A DNA stretch of 64,000 nt. Source: Candidatus Poseidoniaceae archaeon. GTDB lineage: Archaea > Thermoplasmatota > Poseidoniia > Poseidoniales > Poseidoniaceae. Below are positions 38,401 through 45,940 of the stretch, piece by piece; positions within the stretch are counted from its first letter, which is position 1; each line of letters starts with the position of its first letter. The translations under genes and the position numbers were made by a program. The stretch covers positions 66,318 to 130,317 of the forward strand of contig CBFIJH010000003.1 in the NCBI GenBank assembly GCA_965662895.1. The letters are read 5' to 3'. The notes under the pieces are model-generated. The model was not told the DNA's origin. It made no database searches and saw only the letters and a list, made by a program, of their open reading frames with translations.

Positions 38401-38913
38401 TCCAAGGATTTGGGTCAATGACCCAATTCCGTAAGGAATGAACTTGATGTACAAATCGAGATCGTTCTTGACCGTTGCAAAATCACTTACCCGAAGATAT
38501 TCGGTTTGTGTAAATTTAATTTCCGCATTTCCGGTGAACCCTTCAAGTTCAACACCGCTCTTATCGAAATCCGCAGACATGCGAAGTTTGTAGACCCATT
38601 CTGTACGATTGTCGAATTCAAGTTCAAGAAGATCGATGACTTCTGCAGTCGAATCTCCACGAATTTCACCAACATTGGCTGATACACCGGTGTCTGTTAT
38701 GAGAATGGATGGGTCGAAGGTTCCTGAGTAAATCCATTTGTCACCAACCCTCCAGGTTGGTAAATCGGTGACACCAGGGTCAGCACCACTTTGGTGAATT
38801 TTTTCTTCATCAACAAGCTGGGTATGATGCTCAATCATTGGAATTTGACCAAACCCGAGCATCAACCCAAGCACGAGCAGGGTCAACACACGTGGTTTGA
38901 GCTGTCCGCCCAT
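35413..38913 (-). CDS. Large secreted membrane-anchored protein, paralog of 31789-35388
   Basis: WRVGDKWIYS domain, YDFPLRYG, CARDB/PKD-like repeats, TM, tail GPPLPQSGLPQGWTTEQWEHYGQQWL. Start ATG 38913 (track GTG 38937). Confidence 0.85.
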   Translation of the reverse strand: MGGQLKPRVLTLLVLGLMLGFGQIPMIEHHTQLVDEEKIHQSGADPGVTDLPTWRVGDKWIYSGTFDPSILITDTGVSANVGEIRGDSTAEVIDLLELEFDNRTEWVYKLRMSADFDKSGVELEGFTGNAEIKFTQTEYLRVSDFATVKNDLDLYIKFIPYGIGSLTQILGDITITNEYSPATEAYDFPLRYGERWTSLTTASSQWSGQSDYITPFPPPETDTNTTTWEVTKIGQPRNAIGAGIAYSGCDSSYELTSWNSDGVSTGYRWYCPAVNNYAWRHAEEDVGLTIDFRLKQYLPVGATDVESNSAPGNRPTCVDVVPERSLTALDSPFEVWVHLSPSCYATVDGVAVEVVYDGTSTTLNTASNGSLNTIFDSGNSSDYSATNTDWASHGVIAKAGNFVGAATVTLDEYLVGLDLIADEDRAVVIRNRSGVVSTVSTLSGYNVLPGDNLTVEVAVVNRGITASTPSDLRIYHPDGSSFDLFLPSLSTYESHKVNFTWTVPVDAPIGYVPIQWEADPLKVNTGDANSNNDLGEIQLFVGRLPTAVLEPIEVYTNVETLINASGSFDEDGGNVSCSFNIPWYDGTRTSAVTRVESIDCMLNWTWTNDGEYPIEVTITDEEQDEIETVLDVVVLNRAPNIEVVSARNEVKVEHPVTLYAYANDTDSEDPFPGVVDVYWPNAICEEGYYTRVCTTTAPTEGWHTFQAVGVDDDSAMTMASIDIQFTNIDPHGLSVTMTNESGSIPLDVQQTWHVEEDQIVTLRGQALDSIDDLDGLKHRWWPDDAQPNLIKTFDGRVSEFEMMWETSGLHRMRLEVSDTDGASSGTYERWVSVANVPPVVQPLEEVLPLAEGEEIRLIGNATDTPSDYDSLIRCWDVDPGRDSNDIGGADDDCDVKGDELVWHWNTSGSHTVIYHVTDDDGVRVSQVLTVEVLNIPPIVRTKDIVCNALETCVLDATGTIDSLNDLDLITVVWDLDTMTDSNGDGIKDNDADKVGKQIEHVFKKQGTYSIRVMAWDENPERPGTRTINVEIGAPERTIVEDLSAALVGEEANPILQLSLLAFMMLTLGLVTRKRRSGRHQRAMNRLDEQQNAIFSDEEVGLMPHEISARRNRPQDPPVQGAFDALSSQNSTSSGPPLPQSGLPQGWTTEQWEHYGQQWLDSQVDNS

Positions 38914-38958
38914 GCTGACGCTTTTCTGTTCTTGCACATCAAAGGTGCGATGAAGGGC

Positions 38959-39573
38959 TCACAGAAGGTCTGCTAGTTCGTCTTTGATGATTTCAACTGC
39001 TTCCAAGATTTCGTCCTTGTGGCGAGCACCGGTAATGACCATTTTACCGCTGCCGAAAATGAGACAGACAACCTTGGGGTAATCGAGTCGATAGATAAGT
39101 CCGGGGAATTGTTCTGGCTCGTACTCGACTTTGTCGAACGGAAGATGGAATGTGAGATTGTTGAGGTTCAACTTACGTGGTTCTCCAGCAAGTGGTGCGC
39201 CAGTGAACTTGTCGTTTCCATCGTAATCTTCAGGGTAATGTAGTGCGTAGGTTGCAACCATATTTTGGACTTCGATTTCAACATCTTTGAGATCCCAGGT
39301 GGTGATTCCTGCAGCACGTAGGTCCTTGATCATGCGATCGATACCTGTGTGAATGTTGTCCTCGTCTTTTCCTCCAGTACAGACGGCTCGTCCGGATCGG
39401 AACATGAGAATTGCGAGTTTAGGATCAGTAACGCGGTAAACCACACCTGGGAATTGTTCAGGTTCGTACTCACAGTTGAGTTGAATTGCGATATCAGGGA
39501 GGTCGAGTTCTTCGGCTACACGGGTGCTTGCTACGACATTGACAACAGTCAATCGCTCTTCATCGGTGGTCAT
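38959..39573 (-). CDS. tbp: TATA-box-binding protein with ~20-aa insertion in repeat 2
   Basis: Two repeats with NVVAS/NMVAT, EYEPEQFPG, FRSGRAVCTG / FGSGKMVITGA. Confidence 0.97.
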   Translation of the reverse strand: MTTDEERLTVVNVVASTRVAEELDLPDIAIQLNCEYEPEQFPGVVYRVTDPKLAILMFRSGRAVCTGGKDEDNIHTGIDRMIKDLRAAGITTWDLKDVEIEVQNMVATYALHYPEDYDGNDKFTGAPLAGEPRKLNLNNLTFHLPFDKVEYEPEQFPGLIYRLDYPKVVCLIFGSGKMVITGARHKDEILEAVEIIKDELADLL

Positions 39574-39578
39574 GGGTT

Positions 39579-39643
39579 GCGGCTTTTCAACCGCATATAT
39601 AAAAGAGAGGCTATCTCTTTGATTGAATTCCTTTCAACAAAGG
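39579..39643. repeat. Three inverted repeats in the mvk-tbp intergenic region
   Basis: Minus-strand GCGGTT-GAAA-AGCCGC (39579-39594, one G-U pair as RNA), AAAGAGA-N5-TCTCTTT (39602-39620), CCTTT-N4-AAAGG (39630-39643). Confidence 0.7.
39595..39604 (-). promoter_or_regulatory. Canonical TATA box of tbp (TTTTATATAT)
   Basis: At -31..-22 from the tbp ATG. Confidence 0.75.
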
Positions 39644-39646
39644 TTC

Positions 39647-40627
39647 TCAGATTATATGCTCGGCTCGCAATCCTTCTTGGTTGAAATGTGAAATAAACGC
39701 TCGACCACCTTCCATCTCAATGGCATCAACAGTTTGTTCCGGGTTTCTGGTCAATGCGATCATGCAACCTCCCCCTCCAGCACCGGTTAATTTTACGCCG
39801 AGACTTGATGGTGCAGCAGCCCGAATGAGTTGTTCAAGTTTGGGAGATGAAACGCCGAGTGATCGCAATACGATGTGATTTTCCGACATGGCTTGACCCA
39901 CTGCTTCCATGTTTCCATCCTTGAGTGATTGAATTCCTCTTCGTGCGATTGCACCAATCGTTTCAAGCTCAATTTGTCGTTCTGGATATTCTCGAATCAG
40001 ATCAGCGACCTGTTGGACCATGGCCGATGTTGAACCATGAACGCCCGTGTTACCAATGACAAGAGCAACATCTTCCGGTATGCTGGCATCAAACGTATGC
40101 AAGTGCCACTGTTGCGTAGCACCATTGACTTGCATTGTCCGGGTTTCGATAAAATCGAGTCCCTCTTCAATGACATCGGAGAGGACGACAAAACCGCCAA
40201 ACGAACTTGTTGCTGTGTCCATCGGGCTGGCACGACCTCCTTGTGCTTCTGCTTCTGCGAAATGAGCAAGTTTGCTTGCTTCGAGGGGGTTGATTTCATC
40301 GCTCCGAATTTGCTGGAGAGCGCCACAAAGTGCAACCGAGAGGGCTGCTGATGAGCCAAGGCCAGATGCTTTCGGAATCGAACCTCTGATTCGAATATGG
40401 TGCGGTTGATTGCTCGAGGGCGGAAGTTGGTTGAGGATGTAGTCAATGTGCGGGTTTTTCTTGGGGTCGAACGCTCTTCCATCGAGACGCCACGCGTCAA
40501 ATGTTTCCTCCCTCTCGACTTCAATGGTCATGCGTTGGTTGATGCTGCATGCCAAAGCAGGTTGGCCGTAAACGACGGCGTGTTCGCCGAAAAGAATACA
40601 CTTCCCGGGTGCGCTTGCCTTGACCAT
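39647..40627 (-). CDS. mvk: Mevalonate kinase (GHMP family)
   Basis: SAPGKCILFGEHAVVYG, PKASGLGSSAA, ASPMDT, KLTGAGGGGC. Start ATG 40627; the track extension overlaps the divergent gene. Confidence 0.93.
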   Translation of the reverse strand: MVKASAPGKCILFGEHAVVYGQPALACSINQRMTIEVEREETFDAWRLDGRAFDPKKNPHIDYILNQLPPSSNQPHHIRIRGSIPKASGLGSSAALSVALCGALQQIRSDEINPLEASKLAHFAEAEAQGGRASPMDTATSSFGGFVVLSDVIEEGLDFIETRTMQVNGATQQWHLHTFDASIPEDVALVIGNTGVHGSTSAMVQQVADLIREYPERQIELETIGAIARRGIQSLKDGNMEAVGQAMSENHIVLRSLGVSSPKLEQLIRAAAPSSLGVKLTGAGGGGCMIALTRNPEQTVDAIEMEGGRAFISHFNQEGLRAEHII

Positions 40628-40711
40628 GTCCGTTGCAAACCCACCTGAACCATTAGGATTGGTATTGGTTTCATCGTTGGGTTGAAGGATTGGATGTGTT
40701 TGGGTGGGTTC

Positions 40712-42739
40712 ATGATGGAACATCCACTCGACGTGACCTATGCGGGAATCAAAGGGTATTACCTCCTTCTCGTTCTCGGTGGAATCTCGATTGCCTTCTT
40801 CGTGTATCAAGTTCAAAAAGCCACTCGATTGGTGCTTTTGGGCGCACCTGACAAGCGTTTTGATTCATGGGGAAAAAGGCTGAAAGAGACCCTTACAGTT
40901 TGGCTTGGACAACGTAAGGTACTGGAGGATAAAGTTGCTGGAACAATGCACGTTTTGATGTTCTGGGGTTTCCTTATGCTCTCCTCGGATATGCTCGATT
41001 TGGCAACTGCCAACCGATTCAGCGACCATATTCTTCCCGAAGCATTGAACGGGATTTGGAATGGAATGGTTGAACTTGGTTATACGAGTGCTCTCATTGG
41101 TTGTTTCCTCGCTTTGAACCGTCGTGTTCTCTTCACGCCCGAGAAATTGAAGGGGAAATCGCAACTTGAAGGGAATGTTATTCTTCTCTTGATTATGACC
41201 ATCTGTACGACGTCCTACATTGTTGAAGCAGGTGAAAACCCGCATCCGACGTGGGAAATGATCGGCGCTTGGGTCGCAGACACATTTTCTCCCACGCAGA
41301 CCACAATCAATGCTGCTTACTGGGCGCACATGGTTGCAATCTGCACGTTCTTGTTCCTAATCCCGCTTTCAAAGCACATGCACCTCGTCATGGCCTTACC
41401 GAATGTAGCGTTTTACGACACTGAGCCTATGGCCAAAATGCGACCACTTGCAACCGACGAGAGTGGATCTGCTGTTTCTCTTGAAGAACTCGATTTGGAA
41501 TCGTTCGGTGCTGCAAATTACACGCAACTAACCTGGAGAAGTTTGATTGATGGATGGGCCTGTACATCTTGTGCACGTTGCCAAGATGTTTGCCCTGCTT
41601 ATGCGAGTGGAAAGGCGTTGAATCCAATGCAAATCGTTCACGACGTTCGAAACTATGCGAACGAACATGCTTCACAACTCTTCGCCGGGGAGGCGCCAGA
41701 AGAAGACATCATCGCACGATTTGGTGAAGAGTCAATTTGGGCTTGTACGACCTGTCACGCTTGTGTTGATGTCTGTCCGGTGAACATTGAACACGTACCG
41801 AAATTAACGGATGCGCGACGTCACTTGATGATGGAGCGAATGGAATTTGATGAGGCTGTAGAGGATACAATCATGCCACTCATGGCAACCATCGAGAATT
41901 TAGAATCCGATTCCAATCCCTACGGGTTACCATCCCATGAGCGAGGTGACTGGGCCGCTGATCTTGATGTAAAAGTCGCTGAACCAGCGGAATACATCTA
42001 TTTCGCTGGATGCGCTGCTTCCTTTGATGAACGCAACAAAAAAGTCGCACGCGACACCATCTCCATCATGAAGGAAGCAGGTCTCGACGTTGGCATTCTT
42101 GGTATGCAAGAAGGCTGCAGCGGTGATGCAGCCCGTCGTGCAGGGAACGAATATTTGTTCCAAATGCTTGCGGAGACAAACCTCGAAACTTTCAACGAAC
42201 TTGGGGTCAAGAAGGTCGTAGCTTCCTGCCCACACTGCTTCCATACGCTTGGAAAGGAATACAAGGACTACGGCGGGGAAGACATCGAAGTGATGCATCA
42301 CTCTCAGTTGATTTCACACCTTCAACAGGAAGGAAAATTACCGCAACCCAGTCACGATGGTTCTGTTACCTATCATGACCCATGTTATCTTGGCCGAATT
42401 GGTGGTGAATACGATGCACCTCGGGATGCAATCGGAGGAGTTGATGTGGAAACTGAACGTCATGGCCGTGGATCCTTCTGTTGCGGAGCAGGCGGTGCTC
42501 AGATGTGGATGGAAGAACATGTTCCTGAAGGCAACGATCGGGTGAACATCATCCGTGCAAAGGAACTCGCATCGACGGGTGCGGACACGGTTGCTGTTGG
42601 CTGTCCATTTTGTTCAACCATGGTGACGGATGGATTGTCTGCAATCGATGCGGAAATGGATGTCAAGGATATTGCCGAATTGGTTTGGGAGCAAATCAAA
42701 GCGAACGATGCGAAAATCGAAGAAGCAAAGGCCGCTTAA
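40712..42739 (+). CDS. Membrane Fe-S oxidoreductase, FadF/HdrE-HdrD-like fusion
   Basis: N-terminal TM domain with His residues (MHVLMFWGF, WAHM, SKHMH), two CxxCxxCxxxCP motifs, two CCG-type domains. Confidence 0.88.
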   Translation: MMEHPLDVTYAGIKGYYLLLVLGGISIAFFVYQVQKATRLVLLGAPDKRFDSWGKRLKETLTVWLGQRKVLEDKVAGTMHVLMFWGFLMLSSDMLDLATANRFSDHILPEALNGIWNGMVELGYTSALIGCFLALNRRVLFTPEKLKGKSQLEGNVILLLIMTICTTSYIVEAGENPHPTWEMIGAWVADTFSPTQTTINAAYWAHMVAICTFLFLIPLSKHMHLVMALPNVAFYDTEPMAKMRPLATDESGSAVSLEELDLESFGAANYTQLTWRSLIDGWACTSCARCQDVCPAYASGKALNPMQIVHDVRNYANEHASQLFAGEAPEEDIIARFGEESIWACTTCHACVDVCPVNIEHVPKLTDARRHLMMERMEFDEAVEDTIMPLMATIENLESDSNPYGLPSHERGDWAADLDVKVAEPAEYIYFAGCAASFDERNKKVARDTISIMKEAGLDVGILGMQEGCSGDAARRAGNEYLFQMLAETNLETFNELGVKKVVASCPHCFHTLGKEYKDYGGEDIEVMHHSQLISHLQQEGKLPQPSHDGSVTYHDPCYLGRIGGEYDAPRDAIGGVDVETERHGRGSFCCGAGGAQMWMEEHVPEGNDRVNIIRAKELASTGADTVAVGCPFCSTMVTDGLSAIDAEMDVKDIAELVWEQIKANDAKIEEAKAA

Positions 42740-42758
42740 AATCGTTTGATGATGTAGG

Positions 42759-43688
42759 ATGGATCGAGAAGCCTTGCTTTCTTGGTACAAACGTGTTCAG
42801 CGGCCATTACCATGGCGAGTAAACCCGTCCCCGTGGTCCATCCTCCTTTCTGAAATCTTATTGCAACAAACACAAATGGATCGAGGCATCGCCTATCATG
42901 CAAAACTATTGGAACGCTTTCCAACTGTTCAATCGATGGCTGAATCAAGTGTCGACGAAGTCTTGCATTTATGGCAAGGTGCTGGTTATTATTCCCGCGC
43001 TCGCCGATTGCATGCATTAGCGATTGAAGTCGTTGAATCGCATGAAGGTGTTCTTCCTGACAATTATGCGGGCTTGCTTCAACTGCCAGGGATTGGACCA
43101 TATACAGCAGCTGCAGTCGCCTCGATTGCTTTCTCGAGACCTGTAGCTTGTGTGGATGGGAACATCCGACGTGTTATGGCTCGCCAAACAAACCAGGAAA
43201 ATCCTACCGCAAAGCAAACACAATCCTATGCTGATCAGCTTCTGTTCGAATCCGCACCCGGTGACTGGAATCAAGCGATGATGGAACTCGGCGCTCTTGT
43301 TTGTCGGCCACGAAACCCATCGTGCGATGTGTGTCCAGTTTCTGACACATGTCTGGGGCGAGCACGAGCGCATGAATTGCCACGTCCAAAGAAAACAAAG
43401 AAGAAAATTCTCGAGTTATCCTGCATTGTTCGCGTTGATAAAAAGGGCCGGCCTGAATTGCACCAACGCCCAGACCATGGATTGTTTGCAGGCCTTTGGG
43501 GTCCAAGATTGGAAAAGAATCTCAATACGACCGATTGTGAATTTATAGGGACAATACGGCACCTTCTCTCTCACAGGGAGATGATTGTCTCGGTTTGGAA
43601 AACGGATGGATTGAATGGAATCAACCCGGATTCTGTAGCCCTTTCATCCCTTGATCGAAGAATTCTCGAATTGGCTGGATTGCTCTAG
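42759..43688 (+). CDS. mutY: A/G-specific adenine DNA glycosylase
   Basis: Read on the + strand. LSEILLQQT, WQGAGYYSRARRL, LPGIGPYTA (HhH), VDGNIRRV, [4Fe-4S] CRPRNPSCDVCPVSDTC. Confidence 0.95.
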   Translation: MDREALLSWYKRVQRPLPWRVNPSPWSILLSEILLQQTQMDRGIAYHAKLLERFPTVQSMAESSVDEVLHLWQGAGYYSRARRLHALAIEVVESHEGVLPDNYAGLLQLPGIGPYTAAAVASIAFSRPVACVDGNIRRVMARQTNQENPTAKQTQSYADQLLFESAPGDWNQAMMELGALVCRPRNPSCDVCPVSDTCLGRARAHELPRPKKTKKKILELSCIVRVDKKGRPELHQRPDHGLFAGLWGPRLEKNLNTTDCEFIGTIRHLLSHREMIVSVWKTDGLNGINPDSVALSSLDRRILELAGLL

Positions 43689-44384
43689 AATGTCCCAAGT
43701 GAATGAGGCCAGACATCCGAGCAACGCGAAAAACAGGACAAACTCTGCAGGGGCAGCCACATTGACCCATGGTTGAAGTTGGTCAAGCGGAATCATGTTG
43801 GGTTCGATGTTCAATTCATTGGATCTTTGCTCGATTCCTCGAGCAAGAGAAACGGTCATGACAAAGAGCGACAAAAGCGCAAGAAGCAAGGATGCCAATC
43901 GGAGTTGACGCCCTCGATGGTTTGGATTTTCCAATGAGAAATGTGCAAGGACTGCCCATGCAAATCCTCCATGGAACACAATCATCGAAGTGTAGACATG
44001 GATTTCAATGTGGTCGTACATGTCTGCAAATGCAAGCACAGCCAGATGGCTTGAACTCAATACGCCCAGTATCGTCGCCAAAAGAAGAACTCTTTTTCGT
44101 GCACGTTCATGAAACAAAACGTACAACCGAAGAGCAAGTAGGCATTGGAAAAGTGCAGAAACAAACAGCCCACATGTAAACACGATACGCTCGAGGCCAG
44201 GATGATCTGCTTCTGAAATGAAGAAGGGTATGTCGCGATAATTTCCCGTGAGCAGATGAATTGCTACAGCACCGAAAACCGTGCTCAGCGGGACAAGCCA
44301 TGCCAGTTTGACGAGTTTGTCGTCACGAAGGACGTGTGAAGAGATTCGGACACCGTCTTGGTTACTGATGTCCAAGCCCCTCAT
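43644..44384 (-). CDS. Frag1/DRAM/Sfk1-like membrane protein
   Basis: Six TM helices, PFFISE....LERIVF loop, IHVYTSMIVF, AEFVL. Confidence 0.65.
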   Translation of the reverse strand: MRGLDISNQDGVRISSHVLRDDKLVKLAWLVPLSTVFGAVAIHLLTGNYRDIPFFISEADHPGLERIVFTCGLFVSALFQCLLALRLYVLFHERARKRVLLLATILGVLSSSHLAVLAFADMYDHIEIHVYTSMIVFHGGFAWAVLAHFSLENPNHRGRQLRLASLLLALLSLFVMTVSLARGIEQRSNELNIEPNMIPLDQLQPWVNVAAPAEFVLFFALLGCLASFTWDILEQSSQFENSSIKG

Positions 44385-44452
44385 CAGCGTGTCCTATGCT
44401 CCTTGACGTATCAATCTTCAAGTGAGAGTGGCGACACCGGGGGATTGTTCAC

Positions 44453-45940
44453 ATGCCACTACGAGTGCACGATACACGACGGCGGGAAAAGGTTGATTTC
44501 ACAACCCAATCTCCTGGAAGAGTCTCGATGTATGTCTGTGGCGTCACGGTTTACGACCGCTGCCACCTCGGGCATGCTCGATGTTACATCGCTTTTGATT
44601 TGATTCATCGCTGGCTTGAAGCATCAGGCTATGACGTGGATTATGTGCAAAATTTCACCGATATTGATGATAAAATCATCCTTCGTTCGATAGAGTCTGG
44701 TGAGGATTGGAGAGCGATTGTTGAACGGAACATTGCAACGTATTACGAAGATATGGATGCGTTGAATATCCTTCGCGCTGATCACTATCCTCGATGTACA
44801 GAGTACGTCGATTCAATGATACACATCATTGAGGATTTAATCGAAAAAGAGCATGCCTATGTCGCCAACGATGGCGTCTACTTCCGGGTTGATTCCGCAC
44901 CCGAAAAGTACGGACAGTTAACCGGTCAATCCATTGATGCTGTCCGACAAGGCGCTGGGGGACGTGTCGGTGAGACGGGTTCTGGGAAACGCGATCACAA
45001 GGATTTCGCTCTTTGGAAACAAGCGAAACCAGGCGAGCCAACTTGGCCATCGCCTTGGGGTGAGGGGCGACCTGGCTGGCACATCGAGTGCAGCGCTATG
45101 AGTCTCGATCATTTCGGAACTTCCTTTGATATCCACGGTGGAGGGCATGATTTGCGATTCCCACATCACGAGGCCGAGATTTTCCAAAGTGAATGTCATA
45201 CAGGCCATGCTCCGCTTGCTGGGTATTGGTTGCACAATGGATTTGTCAACATCGATGGAGAAAAGATGAGCAAGTCACTCGGAAACTTCTGGACAATTCG
45301 AGACATCATCCAGAACGTCGATCCGCTTGTTCTTCGCCTTGCATTGGTCAATGCACACTACCGTTCACCAATCGACATGAATGAACAACTTCTGAACGAT
45401 GCTTCCCGAAATCACGACCGAATTCTGCAGGTGTATGCCTCAGCATTGCGTATGGCAAGCGAAGGACGCCACCATGCACTGCCAACTCCTGATAGGGGAA
45501 GCTCTGACCCATTGGCAAAGACACTTGGTCTACTTGAGCGACTTGCAGAAGGCTTCGCTCAAGCCATGGATGATGATTTCAACAGTCGTGAAGCGGTTGC
45601 AAAAGTTCTCGCAGCGACCAAACAACTGCAACTTCTTATGACCCTTGGTACAGATGATGGTGACAAGCGAGCCATTGCAATGTATGCGAAAGAATGGTTG
45701 GAAGAAACGGCCGGTAACATACTTGGAATTCTTCCTACGCCTGATGTCCTCTTAGCGGAACCCGTCGAAGACCCTCGAAAGGCAGAAATTGCTGACCAAG
45801 TTGAAGCCTTACTCGTCGAACGAAGCGATGCTCGAGCCAGCAAGGATTGGTCACGGGCGGACGAAATTCGTGACCAACTCAATGAACTCGGAGTTCGCGT
45901 GACCGACACTGCAGAAGGTCCGGTATGGGAACTCAACTGA
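44453..45940 (+). CDS. cysS: Cysteine--tRNA ligase
   Basis: [45 protein letters not shown]. Confidence 0.98.
   Translation: MPLRVHDTRRREKVDFTTQSPGRVSMYVCGVTVYDRCHLGHARCYIAFDLIHRWLEASGYDVDYVQNFTDIDDKIILRSIESGEDWRAIVERNIATYYEDMDALNILRADHYPRCTEYVDSMIHIIEDLIEKEHAYVANDGVYFRVDSAPEKYGQLTGQSIDAVRQGAGGRVGETGSGKRDHKDFALWKQAKPGEPTWPSPWGEGRPGWHIECSAMSLDHFGTSFDIHGGGHDLRFPHHEAEIFQSECHTGHAPLAGYWLHNGFVNIDGEKMSKSLGNFWTIRDIIQNVDPLVLRLALVNAHYRSPIDMNEQLLNDASRNHDRILQVYASALRMASEGRHHALPTPDRGSSDPLAKTLGLLERLAEGFAQAMDDDFNSREAVAKVLAATKQLQLLMTLGTDDGDKRAIAMYAKEWLEETAGNILGILPTPDVLLAEPVEDPRKAEIADQVEALLVERSDARASKDWSRADEIRDQLNELGVRVTDTAEGPVWELN

Noticed and set aside
39579-39643. GTTGAAAG-like words resembling CRISPR repeat ends
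   Set aside because: Only two short copies, no 25-40-nt repeats with spacers, and no cas genes.
40628-40816. N-terminal extension of mevalonate kinase (also the track extensions at 21634-21852, 17425-17511 and 29304-29384)
   Set aside because: These overlap neighbouring genes or promoters; the family motifs start at the downstream start codons.
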